Origin: an uncultured bacterium
GTDB taxonomy: Bacteria > Patescibacteriota > Minisyncoccia > Phycocordibacterales > GWA1-40-21
NCBI GenBank assembly: GCA_903831595.1
Contig: CAIKXY010000002.1
Location: forward strand, 28,339-92,338
Direction of reading: 5' to 3'
Length of the DNA: 64,000 nucleotides
In this document: in pieces, positions 1 through 8,396 of the stretch
How the letters are laid out: each line of letters opens with the position of its first letter
How positions within the stretch are numbered: position 1 is the first letter of the stretch
Notes under the pieces: model-generated
The model's database searches: none
The model's input: the letters and a program-made list of their open reading frames with translations, nothing else
Told to the model about the DNA's origin: nothing
Program-made: the position numbers and the translations under genes

Positions 1-615
1 ATTTTTAACTGGTATATCATATTCCCTGACATAATTAAGTAACATTTGGTCCATTTTTTTATATAAATCAAAATAATATTTCTTTGTTTTACTTAAAACT
101 GGTATTGCATTACCATGACTACCAACGAGATATTTGATTTTTGTACCTAGCATTTTTTCGTACCTTAATAAGTCCAACTGGGCTCCATATCCATAAATAT
201 TTAGTCTTTTTAATACTCCAATTAAATAGGTTGCAACCTCATCTGTTGGATTAGTGATAACAATTATAGGCACTGTTTTAGGAAATTTTTTTATTAGTGG
301 AAGCAGTGTATTTATTTCATATATAGAGCCATGTAATTCCTTGAGTCTAATTTCATAATTATTGTTTAAAGAAAAAATATACTCCATTCTTTTTTCGGGA
401 GTTATACCAGCCAAACTAATTACAATTAAATCAATTTGACTATATTCCTTTTCATTTTTAAAATAATCGAAAAAATATTTGTATTCTTTTTGATTGTTTT
501 GATTCTTGTTAATATAAAAGGAGTTAGCCCAATCTTTTATCTCATTAGCTATACCTTTCCCAACTCTTCCCATCCCCAGAAACAAAATTTTAGGTTTTTC
601 TACATTATTTATCAT
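1..615 (-). CDS. Lactate/malate dehydrogenase-family NAD-binding protein, 3' end runs off the window (not in the supplied ORF track)
   Basis: Manual translation from ATG at 615: MINNVEKPKILFLGMGRVGKGIA (GxGxxG) ... IIVITNPTD ... GYGAQLDLLR ... LVGSHG, matching the LDH/MDH motifs NPxD, LDxxR and GxHG. Confidence 0.75.
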   Translation of the reverse strand, partial: MINNVEKPKILFLGMGRVGKGIANEIKDWANSFYINKNQNNQKEYKYFFDYFKNEKEYSQIDLIVISLAGITPEKRMEYIFSLNNNYEIRLKELHGSIYEINTLLPLIKKFPKTVPIIVITNPTDEVATYLIGVLKRLNIYGYGAQLDLLRYEKMLGTKIKYLVGSHGNAIPVLSKTKKYYFDLYKKMDQMLLNYVREYDIPVKN

Positions 616-872
616 ACAAAAAGTATAACAAATAAATATAATATGTATATACCTTTGTTCCTTTCCATAATTGAATTTATTCAAAAAAATGATAATTAAA
701 GTTTTTTTAAATGTATATCAAGGTTACAAGATAAAAACACGAATTTTCTTCGTGTTTTTTAATATGTAAGCGAGTCAGTGCCGTGAAAATTTTTGAATGA
801 CGATGAGAAAATTATTCCTAGCTGCACTAGTGTGCACTTAAATAAATTTAATAAACGTGATATTATTTATCT

Positions 873-2543
873 ATGATTACACAAGACCTATTAAATTATA
901 TTGAAAGTGAAATAACAAAAGGCACTCCACAGGATATTATTAAATCAAATCTATTATCTAACGGATGGGATGAGAAAGATATTGCTGAGGGTATGATAAA
1001 CACTCAAACAAAAATAAATAACAATGTGCCTAAACCACCAGAAAATAAGTCTGTTATCAATTCTAGTTTTATAGAGCTTTCAAAAACACAACCGATAATA
1101 TCTATTGAAAACCATAATACAAAAACAGAGCTATCAAATAAGTCTACTGCTAAAAAGAAATTTCTTGTCGTTTCATTGCCTATTTTGGCCGTGGTCATTA
1201 TCGTCGTTGCATACTTTGGCTATGGTTATTATGCTGCTAATCAAATAACTTTTGGTGGTGCCGTGATAAAAACAGTGCAAGCATTTTTCAGTAATCAAAT
1301 TAAGAGTGGTCAGTTATCGATATCTGGAGAATTTACTTCAAAAGACGTTGGTAATAATTTCTCTGATTTAATTCCATCAGTTGATGCACGACAGACAATT
1401 AATAAAATTAATGATGTTTCTATAAAATTAGATTATTCAAGTATAATACAAGAAAATGCTGACAATAATATTGAAACCGATGGCAATATTGCTGGTTCAC
1501 TGAGGTATTCTTATTTTGGTTTGCAGAGCACAACTTCTGTACAAGAATTTAGTTTAAAATTTAAATCTTTTGCAGATAAAACATATCTCAGCGTACAAAC
1601 ATTACCGGCGATTACTTCAGTGCTTATTTCTCCTGACGTAGTTAAGCGATACTTGAGTAGTTGGTTTTATATACCAAAAGATCTTATTAAGGCTTACTCT
1701 GGGCCACTTCTTAATAATGCATCTAATTCAACAATTATTAATCAAAATATAAAAAATGATTTAATTGATCTTTTTGATAAAAGTGGTGCCTTTATAGTCT
1801 TGGATAAGAAGTTTGAGGTCACCGGTAATGGTATGCCTGTTAATGCAATCTATTTTAAAATCGATTGGGATAAATATAGTGATGGGCTAATAAAAATTAC
1901 CAGGGATATTTCTGAGAATGTAAATATTAGCTACCAAAGTTCCTATGAGGATATGATAAAAAATGAGATCCAAGTTATAAAAGAATTTTCAGTTAAAAAT
2001 AGTGTGTTCAAGGTATTAATAGGTTCAGACGGCTATATTCATGGATATTATTCATATTCTGATTTATTGGATAAAAATAACAATAATATAGGCAGCTTAA
2101 AAATCAATGTTTCTGGAGATAGCTATAATAAATCATTTATAATTGATAGACCGAAAGATGCCAAAGACATTAAAGACGTATTTATTGATATTTCCAATTT
2201 TTTAAAAGAGAAGAATGGTCCCACATCTTTGTCCGTCTTAGATTCTTATAAAGCAAGGGAGGTTATGGGTGTTTTACAAAACATGAGAGCACAAAACGAA
2301 ATATATTATGATGAACACAATAACTCTTATGAGGGTCTTTGTACAACAAATAATATTTTTAAAATAGCTATAGATAAAATTAAACAAGATACTGGCAATG
2401 ATGTTTCGTGTTTTTCATCTCCAACTAAATGGTCAGCTTCTGTTAGATTACCAGAAACAACAGTAAATTTTTGTGTCGACTCAACAGCTTTTGGTAATAC
2501 AGTATCTTCACCAAAGGTAGGGCTTACTGGTAAATGTGATTAA
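873..2543 (+). CDS. Membrane-anchored hypothetical protein with C-terminal pilin-like Cys-containing domain
   Basis: 556 aa, one TM near aa 97-118, C-terminal helix plus EIYYD...LC...C...WSASVRL...FCVDS resembling a type IV pilin head. Confidence 0.6.
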   Translation: MITQDLLNYIESEITKGTPQDIIKSNLLSNGWDEKDIAEGMINTQTKINNNVPKPPENKSVINSSFIELSKTQPIISIENHNTKTELSNKSTAKKKFLVVSLPILAVVIIVVAYFGYGYYAANQITFGGAVIKTVQAFFSNQIKSGQLSISGEFTSKDVGNNFSDLIPSVDARQTINKINDVSIKLDYSSIIQENADNNIETDGNIAGSLRYSYFGLQSTTSVQEFSLKFKSFADKTYLSVQTLPAITSVLISPDVVKRYLSSWFYIPKDLIKAYSGPLLNNASNSTIINQNIKNDLIDLFDKSGAFIVLDKKFEVTGNGMPVNAIYFKIDWDKYSDGLIKITRDISENVNISYQSSYEDMIKNEIQVIKEFSVKNSVFKVLIGSDGYIHGYYSYSDLLDKNNNNIGSLKINVSGDSYNKSFIIDRPKDAKDIKDVFIDISNFLKEKNGPTSLSVLDSYKAREVMGVLQNMRAQNEIYYDEHNNSYEGLCTTNNIFKIAIDKIKQDTGNDVSCFSSPTKWSASVRLPETTVNFCVDSTAFGNTVSSPKVGLTGKCD

Positions 2544-2704
2544 ACAACATCGCTATAAGGTAGATAATATATATAATTTTCTTAATTAAAGATAATAAAC
2601 TTTTTTCTTGACATTTTTTTATGTATATGGTTATATGTATATGAAATCGGAATAGAAATACTTCCGATAATCCACTTTGTGGATATCAGTTCATAGGAGG
2701 AATT

Positions 2705-2968
2705 ATGTATTGCCCAAGATGCAGAGTTGAAAAACTCAATGGAAGATTTTGTTCCGCGTGTGGGGTTAAACTAGATAAAATTCCCACATGTGGCTATTGC
2801 GGGACAGAAATCTGGAGCACTGCGAAATATTGCTCGGGTTGCGGAAAGAAAAAAGAGGACGCGCTCGACAAGGCAACATCAAATGAATCGATTCTAAAAG
2901 AAGCGGCAAGGCAAGAAGAAGTCGCTAAGAAAAAGAAAGGTTTCTTGAAGAGATTGCTTGGTATGTAA
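2705..2968 (+). CDS. Double zinc-ribbon protein
   Basis: Four CxxC pairs (CPRC, CSAC, CGYC, CSGC); SD AGGAGG upstream. Confidence 0.8.
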   Translation: MYCPRCRVEKLNGRFCSACGVKLDKIPTCGYCGTEIWSTAKYCSGCGKKKEDALDKATSNESILKEAARQEEVAKKKKGFLKRLLGM

Positions 2969-2973
2969 GTTTT

Positions 2974-3006
2974 GGCTCTCGTGGATTTATTCCACGAGAG
3001 CTTTTT
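2974..3006. terminator. Intrinsic terminator between convergent genes
   Basis: GCTCTCGTGGA-ttta-TTCCACGAGAGC followed by T run. Confidence 0.7.
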
Positions 3007-3013
3007 AAAATAA

Positions 3014-3298
3014 TTAATTTCCAAAAAATATTTTAATGGCAACTCTTGTAGCGTTCGAAAATTGCCCTGCTTCAATGCCAGCGATATCATCCTCGATTCG
3101 GACCTTTCTTGTTGTGCCGACATAATAAACATACTCGCCTTCAATATATGCAATTTTTTTACCGGTAGTGTGATCATAAATCAAATTTCCAGAAACATAG
3201 CCGATTTTTTTTGCCATATGATTGAAAAGGTAGCCGTCTTGAACCCAGCCAAGCTTTACTCCATTTCTAAATAAATCTACACCGTTTACTTTTATCAT
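3014..3298 (-). CDS. Small beta-repeat (4-fold beta-flower-like) protein
   Basis: Repeating lf/y-x-x-x-GxKIGyi-x-G units; ATG at 3298 lies 6 nt after TACAAT. Confidence 0.65.
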   Translation of the reverse strand: MIKVNGVDLFRNGVKLGWVQDGYLFNHMAKKIGYVSGNLIYDHTTGKKIAYIEGEYVYYVGTTRKVRIEDDIAGIEAGQFSNATRVAIKIFFGN

Positions 3299-3434
3299 AT
3301 TCAAATTGTATCAGATGAAAAGACATAGTCAAACATCTAAAAACAAATTTAATATAGTGGTTGATAATATGTCCGATGTCTGCTAGATTTTTAGAGGAAG
3401 TTTAGACACCAATTAAATAAGGGGGAGGGAAATT

Positions 3435-3599
3435 ATGAAAATTTTCAAGATGGTCGTTCTTTTTTGTCTTATTCTTACAATGGTTGTATTGTGGCTGGAT
3501 AAAAAGATAGAAACATTTCCTGCAGCTCTTTTAGCTTTGTGTTTTGTTATTTTGCTGGTTGAAAAAATTTTTTGCAAAAAAGAAAAAAATTGTTTTTAA
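3435..3599 (+). CDS. Small two-TM membrane protein (54 aa, not in ORF track)
   Basis: GGGGGAGGG SD then MKIFKMVVLFCLILTMVVLWLDKKIETFPAALLALCFVILLVEKIFCKKEKNCF*. Confidence 0.6.
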   Translation: MKIFKMVVLFCLILTMVVLWLDKKIETFPAALLALCFVILLVEKIFCKKEKNCF

Positions 3600-3645
3600 C
3601 ATAAGTAAAATTCAAAAATCTTTCAAAGATAGGGGGGTGATAGGA

Positions 3646-3858
3646 ATGAGATTTTTAGAGGTTGTTGCTTTAGAAGGAAACATACCGTTAGAGAAATGGC
3701 AAAAGTTAGCAGAAGAAGTAAAAAAATTCTGCTCCCTACAGCATATAACGATAGTACGTCAGAAGGTTGATTCACAGGGGATAGAGTTTGCCGTAGATAT
3801 CGACCATGGAGCAAAAGTTAGAACTTACATCTATGCGAGACTTTTGAAAAAAATCTGA
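3646..3858 (+). CDS. Hypothetical protein
   Basis: G-rich SD (AGGGGGGTGA) before ATG 3646; open frame to TGA. Confidence 0.55.
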   Translation: MRFLEVVALEGNIPLEKWQKLAEEVKKFCSLQHITIVRQKVDSQGIEFAVDIDHGAKVRTYIYARLLKKI

Positions 3859-3874
3859 GCAAGGGGGAAAGTTT

Positions 3875-4255
3875 ATGAATAACATAGTTGTTTGGCAAGG
3901 ATTAAAATTCAAAAAAAACATCAAGACATGTTCAAGATTCCGGGAGGTATTTCAAAGCATAAACGTCCGCCTAAAAAAAGGGGACATAATTAAATGCTTC
4001 AGAAATATCTCTATGGCGCTGGTCATAGGTAAAGAAACCGATCATACTGATATTGTTAAGAGAGCTGCAAATGTTGGGCTGATTCTTGATAATGTTCAGA
4101 ACGGCTACCTTACGAGAATGAACGGTGCCTTTGGGAAATCAAAGGAAGTCGAGGGTCTTCATTTTGTGTTTTCTTCCGGAGACGAAAAAGATGTTGGTGT
4201 TTTTTTAAGGTATAAAGACCATCTCGATTTTGTGGCGAGATTGGCTGTTGCATAG
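3875..4255 (+). CDS. Hypothetical protein
   Basis: SD AAGGGGG, 126 aa ORF followed by hairpin at ~4260-4292. Confidence 0.65.
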   Translation: MNNIVVWQGLKFKKNIKTCSRFREVFQSINVRLKKGDIIKCFRNISMALVIGKETDHTDIVKRAANVGLILDNVQNGYLTRMNGAFGKSKEVEGLHFVFSSGDEKDVGVFLRYKDHLDFVARLAVA

Positions 4256-4307
4256 TTTTACACCTGCGCACTCATTTTGAGAGCGCAGGTGTATTTTTTT
4301 GTTAAAA

Positions 4308-4715
4308 TTATAATGGCAAATCAACTGCAAGAGCTCCTGCGCCAAGGAAAATAAGAGAAAGTGCAATTCCAAAAATTAAAATATAAAAAGTGAGGTTTCT
4401 TCTTTGAAGAATTGGCTCTCTGTATTCAAGTACTGCTTCGCAAAAAAACAAAACTGCAAAAACCATCGCAGTAAGCTGTGTATAAGATCCTGCAATAAGC
4501 ATAAGCCCGCCGATTATTTCTATAAAAGCTAAAACTCTTAAAAAAATTCTTGAAGGATGAATATTTATTGTTTCAAAAAGTTCTTGCCAAGCAATTTTTT
4601 CACTAGTTAATTTTAAATATCCGAGATTGATAACAATAAAGCCTAAAATAACTCTCAATATGAGAGGTGAAAACATGCTGAACGTTAGCAAAGTTGGAAA
4701 TGTGTTTAATATCAT
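4308..4715 (-). CDS. DoxX-family membrane protein
   Basis: LILRVILG...GYLKL...EIIGGLMLIAGSYT...GAGALAVD pattern, four TMs. Confidence 0.85.
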   Translation of the reverse strand: MILNTFPTLLTFSMFSPLILRVILGFIVINLGYLKLTSEKIAWQELFETINIHPSRIFLRVLAFIEIIGGLMLIAGSYTQLTAMVFAVLFFCEAVLEYREPILQRRNLTFYILIFGIALSLIFLGAGALAVDLPL

Positions 4716-4803
4716 ATTGAAAGTGTATCATATTTATTACAAAAGTTAAAAGAATTATATTATAGTTGGTGTTTTGTGATTACTTGTATTCTAATAATTG
4801 CTC

Positions 4804-4832
4804 TTGACAAGAATGTTTATTTAGTGTATACT
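4804..4832 (+). promoter_or_regulatory. Sigma70 promoter of SPFH gene
   Basis: TTGACA-17 nt-TATACT. Confidence 0.75.
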
Positions 4833-4961
4833 TGTTTCTGGTAAACAGTTTAAGAGTCCTAGATTTCCGAACAGGAAATAGGATTCTTTTTTTAAAAAAA
4901 ATGAAATATTCTTACTGATTAATGATTTCATCTAATCAGAAGAATGAAAAGGAGGAGTAAA

Positions 4962-5816
4962 ATGGCACAACCGAAAGAACCAATAAAATGGGAGGAAATG
5001 ACTGAAGAGCAGAAATTCAAGAAGGGCCTGAAAGTGTCGGGAATAATTGCCGGCTGTGTGTTGGGGGTGATTTTAGCTCTCAGCATTATTTTCGGCAGCT
5101 ATTTTCTTGTTCAGGTCGGTGAAGTCGGCGTTGTTTTTAACAAAATGTCCGGCAAAACCACAGTGTCGAATCAGGGACTGCACTTTAAGGTCCCGTTTTT
5201 TGAAAATGTCACAAAGTTTGATGTTCAGACACAGAGCATCAACTTGAACGAGGAGGGGTCCTCGAAAGATTTGCAGATAGTGAAAATAAACACTGTCTGC
5301 AACTTGCACTTACAGGTCGAGAGGGTCAATGATGTTTACATGAAGATTGGCCCGAACTGGATAGGGAAAGTGGTAAACCCTATCACGATCGAAGTGGTAA
5401 AATCTTTGTCAGCTGGTTATAACGTAGAAGAGATTATTGTTAAGAGAGACACTCTTCGCCAGCAGATAGAAAAGGAACTTCGGTCTAGGTTGCTCGAATA
5501 CAATATTATACTAGAGACAGTCAATCTAGTTAATATTGGCTTAACGAAGGAATATAATAACGTCGTTGAGCAGAAACAAATTGAGCAACAGAATATTCTC
5601 GTCAAGGAAAATATCCGCAAGCAGGCGGAAATTTCTAAGGCGACGAAGATTCTTGATGCGGAGGGCGAGGCTCGGAAAAATCAGCTGATGCAGTCATCAG
5701 CTACCGAGCAGATAATAGCGCTCGAGTGGATCAAGAAATGGAAGGGTGACCTTCCTACTACGATGCTGGGTGATGGAAAGAACATCATGATAAGCATCGA
5801 GCACGAAAAGAAATAA
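4962..5816 (+). CDS. SPFH/prohibitin (band 7) family protein
   Basis: TM then VQVGEVGVVF...GLHFKVPF...SKDLQ...AEGEA, C-terminal WIKKWKGDLP; SD AAGGAGG before ATG 4962. Confidence 0.9.
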   Translation: MAQPKEPIKWEEMTEEQKFKKGLKVSGIIAGCVLGVILALSIIFGSYFLVQVGEVGVVFNKMSGKTTVSNQGLHFKVPFFENVTKFDVQTQSINLNEEGSSKDLQIVKINTVCNLHLQVERVNDVYMKIGPNWIGKVVNPITIEVVKSLSAGYNVEEIIVKRDTLRQQIEKELRSRLLEYNIILETVNLVNIGLTKEYNNVVEQKQIEQQNILVKENIRKQAEISKATKILDAEGEARKNQLMQSSATEQIIALEWIKKWKGDLPTTMLGDGKNIMISIEHEKK

Positions 5817-5902
5817 CAGTTAGTGAGGAGCGGTTTATGAGGCCGCTCCTTTTTTATTGTCAAAATTTGCAATTTTATTGTATTAGACTAATATCATATT
5901 AA

Positions 5903-6391
5903 ATGAAAAAGGCAGAAAAATTAAAAAAAGTTGTAATACTCGATAACATAAGAAGCGTTTATAACGTTGGCTCCATTTTTCGTACTTCAGACGCGCTTGG
6001 AATTGATAAAATATATTTATGTGGTTGTACCCCAACGCCAACGGATAGATTTGGTAGAGCAAGAAAAGATTTGGCAAAAGTTGCGCTTGGTGCAGAAAAA
6101 GATATTGCTTGGGAGTATGTAAAAGAGACAAAAGAAATAATTAAAAAGTTAAAAAAAGAAAAATTTCAAATAATTGCTGTTGAACAAGATAAAAAATCTA
6201 TAAATTTCAAAAAAATTAAACCAAAATATCCCTTGGCAATTGTAATGGGCAATGAAGTTGGTGGAATTGATAAAAAAACTTTGAATTTGTGTGATTTGAT
6301 AGCCGAAATACCAATGATGGGGAATAAAGAATCATTAAATGTTTCAGTTTCTTTTGGAATTGCTGGGTATCAGATATTTGGTGATAAATAA
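5903..6391 (+). CDS. SpoU/TrmH-family RNA 2'-O-methyltransferase
   Basis: LDNIRSVYNVGSIFRT, GNEVGGI, IPMMGNKESLNVSVS motifs. Confidence 0.92.
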   Translation: MKKAEKLKKVVILDNIRSVYNVGSIFRTSDALGIDKIYLCGCTPTPTDRFGRARKDLAKVALGAEKDIAWEYVKETKEIIKKLKKEKFQIIAVEQDKKSINFKKIKPKYPLAIVMGNEVGGIDKKTLNLCDLIAEIPMMGNKESLNVSVSFGIAGYQIFGDK

Positions 6392-6500
6392 AATAAAAGC
6401 GTAATTTCGCGAAGCAAAAATGCCCAATAAAAAAGCCGCCTATCTTTCGACAAGCGGCTCAACCAACCTATTTAACCTTACACATTTGTTTCTGTTCCCT

Positions 6501-6695
6501 TTATTCCTCCCTTAATTTATTTGTGATTTCCAGCGAAATTAATATAACAAGAGCTGAGAAAGGATTGAACCTTTCCATTAAAGTCATATTACCTTTTGGG
6601 TAGATAATTTCTGATACTACAAAAAGTAGTATCATTATTCCTATCAACTTTCCGGTGTTTACGATGTTATTTCTAATTATTTTTTTCCAGTCCAT
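6501..6695 (-). CDS. Small membrane protein
   Basis: SD GAGGAGG, two hydrophobic segments. Confidence 0.6.
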   Translation of the reverse strand: MDWKKIIRNNIVNTGKLIGIMILLFVVSEIIYPKGNMTLMERFNPFSALVILISLEITNKLREE

Positions 6696-6715
6696 TTTTT
6701 CCTCCTCAGGAAATT

Positions 6716-7039
6716 TTATTTTACTTCTGCAATTTTTGACTCTATTTTTTTTGGGATAGTTAATATGTACTTATGGCCAGCAACTAAATTTTCACTGGAA
6801 TAAGAAACATATGCTACATGTCCCCGTTCCCACCTACAGTCCCTGATAAGTGCGAACTTACCGTCTGTAAATAGGACTTCAAACTGATGACCACTAACTA
6901 TCGCATTTTCAATGGGGACATAAGTACCTGCCAGGTCTTTTTTAAAGGCAATAATAAACAGACATATCACTATTGCCACCATGACAGTAATAAGCATATT
7001 ACCCAAAAAGTTTTGATTAGCATCATTATTTTCTGTCAT
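6716..7039 (-). CDS. Membrane-anchored hypothetical protein
   Basis: SD GAGGAGG, N-terminal TM. Confidence 0.65.
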   Translation of the reverse strand: MTENNDANQNFLGNMLITVMVAIVICLFIIAFKKDLAGTYVPIENAIVSGHQFEVLFTDGKFALIRDCRWERGHVAYVSYSSENLVAGHKYILTIPKKIESKIAEVK

Positions 7040-7048
7040 ATTTCCTCC

Positions 7049-7165
7049 TCAGGAAATTATTTTGATAAGCGCCAGCAATACAAGTAACACGGCACAAATT
7101 ATCATATCTCTTCTATTTTTCTTCATATCCTTCACTAATTTTTCTAACTGCTCATTTTCAGTCAT
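7049..7165 (-). CDS. Small tail-anchored protein (38 aa)
   Basis: G-run SD before ATG 7165; MTENEQLEK...IICAVLLVLLALIKIIS*. Confidence 0.55.
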   Translation of the reverse strand: MTENEQLEKLVKDMKKNRRDMIICAVLLVLLALIKIIS

Positions 7166-7285
7166 ATCCCCCCCTTTTTTTTTGTATTCAGAAGACTTGT
7201 AATATTTTTTTGACCCCTTTACTTGATGGGGTAACAAATGTGTTGTCAAAGAACTGTTTAATTTCTTTACCGTAATTCTGATAAC

Positions 7286-7314
7286 AGTATAAAACATTTT
7301 TATGTAAATGTCAA
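7286..7314 (-). promoter_or_regulatory. Sigma70 promoter of the leftward small-gene operon
   Basis: TTGACA (7314-7309)-17 nt-TATACT (7291-7286) on minus strand. Confidence 0.7.
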
Positions 7315-7371
7315 GATACGTGACACACTTCATTTTCATTTTGTCACACATTTTTATTATAACCTTGATAT

Positions 7372-7425
7372 TTGACACAAATTAGCCATTTTGATATACT
7401 AAATATGTTGTCATAAATCATGACA
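7372..7425 (+). promoter_or_regulatory. Sigma70 promoter plus operator palindrome of TrmB regulator 1
   Basis: TTGACA (7372)-17 nt-TATACT (7395), then TGTCA-N7-TGACA at 7409-7425. Confidence 0.75.
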
Positions 7426-7430
7426 AAACT

Positions 7431-8186
7431 ATGAATAATGAAATAACTAAGGCATTACTAGATATTGGATTGTCCAAAGAAGAGGTAAATATTTACCTAG
7501 CTGGGCTTGAGCTTGGAGAAAGTTCTGTGCAAAATATAGCTAAGAAAGCTGATATAAAAAGACCAACGGCGTATCTTATTATTGATGATCTGATTAAAAA
7601 AGGTCTTTTTTATCAAACATTTAAAGGTAAAAAAAGATATTTTAGTGCACAAAGCCCAAAAGATTTGGAAATTGAGCTAAAAAGAAAAGCATTTGAGCTT
7701 ACAAAGGTAATGCCGGAGCTTAATTCTATTTATAATACTTTAGGATTCAAACCAAGAGTAAGATTTTATGAAGGAGTTGCAGGCGCTATGTCTGTATATA
7801 ATGATACGATTGATTCTACACCAGAAAATGGTGAAATTTTAGATTTTGCAGGAATTAAAAATCTTTTTGACACTTTTCCAAAAGAATTTGCAATAGAATA
7901 CTACACCAAACGAATTCGAAAGAATATTATTGATAAGGTAATTGCAGTTGATTGTGAAGAAAGTAGGGAATGGAAAAAAAATGCAGAAGAAGAGATGAGA
8001 GAAATATTTATTGTTCCCGAAGATCAGTTTAATTTCTCTGGGGATATGGAGATATATGGAGATAAGGTGGCTTTGATATCATATAAAGAAAATTTTATGG
8101 CTGTCGTGATAGAAAGTAAGGAAATTGCAAATATGCAAAGGCTTATGTTTAATTTGATTTGGAATAATTTGAAGGGGCAGAAATAA
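7431..8186 (+). CDS. TrmB-family transcriptional regulator (paralog 1)
   Basis: IGLSKEEVNIYLAGLELG...IAKKADIKRPTAYLIIDDLIKKGL wHTH; RFYEG...IYGDKVALI...IES C-terminal domain. Confidence 0.85.
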   Translation: MNNEITKALLDIGLSKEEVNIYLAGLELGESSVQNIAKKADIKRPTAYLIIDDLIKKGLFYQTFKGKKRYFSAQSPKDLEIELKRKAFELTKVMPELNSIYNTLGFKPRVRFYEGVAGAMSVYNDTIDSTPENGEILDFAGIKNLFDTFPKEFAIEYYTKRIRKNIIDKVIAVDCEESREWKKNAEEEMREIFIVPEDQFNFSGDMEIYGDKVALISYKENFMAVVIESKEIANMQRLMFNLIWNNLKGQK

Positions 8187-8202
8187 GCGGTGGAAAAAAC
8201 GG

Positions 8203-8356
8203 AGGTCTCTCCTTGAGGAGGAGCATAGCGACGGGAAAAGGTGAGTCCTCGGTTTTTTTGAGCAGTAATTTTTTGAAGATTTTCCGAGGAGAGACCTTTT
8301 TAAATTCCCAAGGTCTCACCTCCAAAAATCTGGATTCCCGCCTGCGTGGGAATGAC
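8203..8356. repeat. REP-like palindromic element
   Basis: Inverted repeat AGGTCTCTCCT (8203)/AGGAGAGACCT (8287), variant AGGTCTCACCT (8311), and ATTCCC-N8-GGGAAT at 8334-8353. Confidence 0.6.
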
Positions 8357-8396
8357 ACACTTTATAAAAACTTGAATTAGGGTTATTATGTAAATT

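Noticed and set aside
436-699. 87-aa plus-strand ORF
   Set aside because: Shadow of the minus-strand LDH/MDH-like gene at 1-615
8149-8358. 69-aa minus ORF starting MSFPRRRES
   Set aside because: Translation of the REP-like palindrome, not a plausible gene
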